Below are positions 61,255 to 64,000 of a DNA stretch of 64,000 nt, in pieces. Numbering within the stretch: the first letter of the stretch is position 1; each line of letters starts with the position of its first letter. The translations under genes and the position numbers were made by a program. The notes under the pieces were generated by a model, which was not told where the DNA came from, ran no database searches, and was given only the letters and a program-made list of their open reading frames with translations. The DNA comes from an uncultured Candidatus Saccharibacteria bacterium (GTDB lineage Bacteria; Patescibacteriota; Minisyncoccia; Phycocordibacterales; UBA9973). The stretch is taken from NCBI GenBank assembly GCA_964412965.1, contig CAYPQU010000003.1, positions 2,788 through 66,787 of the forward strand, given 5' to 3'.

Positions 61255-63774
61255 CTACTTCATATAACTACAGGAGGAACGGAACCCCAAACCGCCACCC
61301 TGAGCCGAAAAGCCACGGGCACCGACAAGGCGCTTGCGGTCGCCGAGATCCCAATACGAATAGACGAGACGAGCACCAGATTTGGTTGCAAGCCAAGTAT
61401 AGTTATCTTCATCTAGGTGGTGACCTGTTTCTTCAAAATATTTCTTGGAAAGGATAAGGTATTCTTCGAGGGATAGTGTTTTATCTAAGGGTACATCTTG
61501 TCCTTTGATATTTAGAGTTTTGGTAAGTTCGGGGTGATCTTTTAGATTTTGGACTTTGTGGGTGAGTACAATACGGACTTTGTCTTGGTTTTGACTTTGA
61601 GCTTTTTCGAAACTTCCACCTTCTTCGAAATTATCACCTTCCCAATACTTTGCCTCCTTCATCTTCTCTTTCATCTTCTCTGCTAAATCAGGCAAATCTG
61701 TGGTTGGTGGAATTAGCAGGATTTCATTGAATCCATATTCCTCTATTTGCTTCTCCAGGTCATCAATATTTGCTTCCCAGATATCTTTGATATCTTCTTC
61801 GAAATTATCGGGTATTTCTACACCATGCGAATCGTAAAAAGAAATGTATTCGTTTAACTTTTGTTCGATATTTAATGTGATTTGTTCGGTTTTCTCAATT
61901 TGGCCGTCTTGGTTGGTAAAAGTATATGTGGTTTTGATTTCTTCTGTTTGTGATTTTTTATCCTTCCCATATATTTTTTCAAATCTCCTACCTAGTCCAT
62001 TCAAAAATTCATCTTTATTTGAATCTATCCCTTCTTTAAGCAAGACTTCTGCTTTTAGTTTTAATAACTCTTCTCTTTTATTAAATGGATCTAGCTCTGC
62101 TACTTCTTTTAGGGTTAAGTGCTTTATATCCCCTGATTTATCCCTCAACTCTTCGGTGGCATTTTCTCCTCGAAGAGATTTAATAGCATTAAATCTGAAA
62201 ATATCTTCCGGTAGGTTTAATTCTTCAGCAGAAAGAGTTGTAAGAAAACCTTTTGACGCTAGAATCTTCGCAGCCAAAATCCTATCTTCTTTTGAATATT
62301 CGTCAAAAGTAAGGGCAGTTTTTAATCTTTGGTCTAAAAATTCAGAGAAAGATACTGTTTCTTTCTTTGTTTGCTTTTCTATGGTCCAAGAAGAAAAGAT
62401 GGCTTCCACTGTTCCTTGTGTCATTACAAATTTTTTAAGAGAATGATATTTTCCACTAGCATCCATAGCCCCTACATTCTGTGCTAGATTTTTGTCTGTC
62501 TCGTTTGTGTATGATTCTTGAATTTCAGACATAGCCTTACACAAATTTGGTAGTGTTGTATTTAAATCATAAAAAGACATATCTATGGATCCATCTTTAT
62601 TCATAAGTCTGGCAAGCATTATGTCATATGCTTCATCTGAAGGATTATATTCTATTTTAACATTGTTTTGTTCAAATTCACGAGTTATCTCTGGAGGTAA
62701 TTCTTGCCTTTCTGGATTTTTTTCTGATTTTAAGTTTGCTGTAAAAATCATTTGAAAACCTGGTTTTATGTCTACTATTCCATTGCCTACAATATTCACT
62801 TTGTCTCCTACTTTGGCATTAAATACCCCTTTAATGAAAACCATCTGTTCTTTTGGTAATGCAGTAAATTCATCAAAGATAACGACTTTACCCTCAGTCA
62901 TTGCTTTAGCAAGAGGCCCATATATCTCCACTGTTTCAATGGCTCCACTCTCTCCGCTTGGTCTTAACCCTGTTTTTCCCCAAACATTTGCTTCTCTTGT
63001 CTGCGGGTTACAAAAAACCATCTCGGGCGTTTTACCAGTAAAGTGTTCAGAGGCAAATCTAGCCAAAGAGGTCTTTCCTGTTCCCGTTGGTCCGTGCAAT
63101 AACATTGGTTTGCTTGTAAGCATTCTGTCTCCGATGGCATCCAAATCTTTTTCCACTTCTGGGGTGATGCAGATGTGCCCAGGCTGGCTTAAATTTTTCT
63201 TGTATTCTACCAACTTCGCTTGTTGTAATGTATTTTGATCAACACCTTCTAAAAAGTTTTCTTTTTCAATAATTTCATTTTTTACTGAGTCTAATATTTT
63301 TTCATTTCTTTCTTTTGTTTCTTTAGAACATTTGGGATCTAATATTTCAAAAATCTTATGAATCCTATAATCTTTGAGTTTAGAAATTTCTTCCAGTGAT
63401 TCTTGAACTTTGCTTATTTGAGGATTTTCTTTTCTTATAGAAGAATAATCAATTTTAGAAAGATTATTTAAAAGTTCTTTTTCGTACTCTTTTTTTTGAT
63501 TTTTTAAAATTTTCTTTGATTCAGAAAAACCACCATTTTCCTCTATACTAAAAGAGGATGCTTTGTCTTCTAAGTCAACCAAATCATCTTTATAATGCTT
63601 TTCGTAAATTTTTTTCTTAAAAGCGTCGAGATCTGACCCCCCGCCATTTTTCGTAATTCCAAATTCGTTTTTAATAGTTTTCTTTAATTCTAATCGATCC
63701 TCAAAAACCTTATGAAAATTAAGATTTTTTTCACCCTCGCCTTCTTTTGGGTTAAAATTAGGTTTGTTTTCCAT
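61255..63774 (-). CDS. MoxR/AAA_5-type AAA+ ATPase fused at its C-terminus to a fourth copy of the hypervariable-paralog domain
   Basis: Walker A LLHGPTGTGKTS and Walker B VVIFDEF at about residues 225-300. Residues ~520-839 align with the 330-aa paralogs, including the variable end. Confidence 0.75.
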   Translation of the reverse strand: MENKPNFNPKEGEGEKNLNFHKVFEDRLELKKTIKNEFGITKNGGGSDLDAFKKKIYEKHYKDDLVDLEDKASSFSIEENGGFSESKKILKNQKKEYEKELLNNLSKIDYSSIRKENPQISKVQESLEEISKLKDYRIHKIFEILDPKCSKETKERNEKILDSVKNEIIEKENFLEGVDQNTLQQAKLVEYKKNLSQPGHICITPEVEKDLDAIGDRMLTSKPMLLHGPTGTGKTSLARFASEHFTGKTPEMVFCNPQTREANVWGKTGLRPSGESGAIETVEIYGPLAKAMTEGKVVIFDEFTALPKEQMVFIKGVFNAKVGDKVNIVGNGIVDIKPGFQMIFTANLKSEKNPERQELPPEITREFEQNNVKIEYNPSDEAYDIMLARLMNKDGSIDMSFYDLNTTLPNLCKAMSEIQESYTNETDKNLAQNVGAMDASGKYHSLKKFVMTQGTVEAIFSSWTIEKQTKKETVSFSEFLDQRLKTALTFDEYSKEDRILAAKILASKGFLTTLSAEELNLPEDIFRFNAIKSLRGENATEELRDKSGDIKHLTLKEVAELDPFNKREELLKLKAEVLLKEGIDSNKDEFLNGLGRRFEKIYGKDKKSQTEEIKTTYTFTNQDGQIEKTEQITLNIEQKLNEYISFYDSHGVEIPDNFEEDIKDIWEANIDDLEKQIEEYGFNEILLIPPTTDLPDLAEKMKEKMKEAKYWEGDNFEEGGSFEKAQSQNQDKVRIVLTHKVQNLKDHPELTKTLNIKGQDVPLDKTLSLEEYLILSKKYFEETGHHLDEDNYTWLATKSGARLVYSYWDLGDRKRLVGARGFSAQGGGLGFRSSCSYMK

Positions 63775-63807
63775 ATGTATTACAATTGTAAAACAAAAAC
63801 TAGATTT

Positions 63808-64000
63808 TTACAAATCCTTCTCGGCTTCAATAAAATTATCCAAATTTCCATCCTCTAGAACAGAATCAACATTGCTAGTTTCTACCAGAGTGCGGTGATC
63901 TTTTATCATTTTATATGGGTGTAAGACATAAGACCGAATTTGATTTCCCCACTCTATTTCTGTGGTTTTTGATATTGAAAAACCATCTTTTTCTCTTTTT
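63808..64000 (-). CDS. Partial CDS (C-terminal ~64 aa, ends ...NFIEAEKDL*); function unknown
   Basis: Open frame to the window edge. Its last 22 nt, including the stop, are duplicated at 55912-55933. Confidence 0.4.
   Translation of the reverse strand, partial: KREKDGFSISKTTEIEWGNQIRSYVLHPYKMIKDHRTLVETSNVDSVLEDGNLDNFIEAEKDL

Noticed and set aside
55900-64000. A reverse transcriptase or template repeat to complete a DGR in this window
   Set aside because: I looked for an RT-sized ORF and for an A-rich near-copy of the variable repeats. Neither is present in the 64 kb, so the DGR interpretation rests on the mutational pattern alone.

Overview
This is an AT-rich, gene-dense bacterial window that looks like a reduced genome of the Patescibacteria/CPR type. 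It has short versions of dnaX, infB and rel, many aminoacyl-tRNA synthetases, and type IV pilin-like genes carrying DUF1566 domains. The backbone is housekeeping: eno, dnaX, dus, serS, dprA, topA, rel, parB, clpB, a cysteine desulfurase, infB-rbfA, secG, RNase J, the rpsF-ssb-rpsR operon, tatD-metG, glyQS, ileS with a T-box leader, argS, a dut/thyA/dCMP-deaminase/tmk-like nucleotide cluster, pyrG and ftsEX. Four tRNAs are present (Tyr, Cys, Leu, Gln). The most interesting locus is 55.9-63.8 kb on the minus strand. It holds a MoxR/AAA_5-type ATPase, a vWA (MIDAS) protein, three free-standing ~330-aa paralogs and a fourth copy fused to the ATPase C-terminus. All four copies end in a GC-rich C-terminal segment (~40 codons) that is hypervariable. 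In the three-way nucleotide alignment, positions that never vary almost never carry a coding-strand adenine. This is the signature of diversity-generating retroelement (DGR) variable repeats, and the ends resemble C-type-lectin/FGE-like motifs ('...RLVxSxW...LGFRSS'). No reverse transcriptase or template repeat is visible in the window. The locus is bounded by a 22-bp direct repeat that includes a duplicated gene end. Other notable items: a histidine-phosphatase (PGAM-like) domain inserted inside ileS; a tandemly duplicated ileS leader downstream of an Ile T-box; a GC-rich ~55-nt element shared in sense orientation by the serS and ileS leaders; two ~90-nt GC-rich inserts flanked by 76-103-bp direct duplications of the 3' ends of topA and tRNA-Leu; a 9x tandem 14-bp array plus paired palindromic motifs upstream of the second pilin/DUF1566 gene; and a poly-C10 tract.
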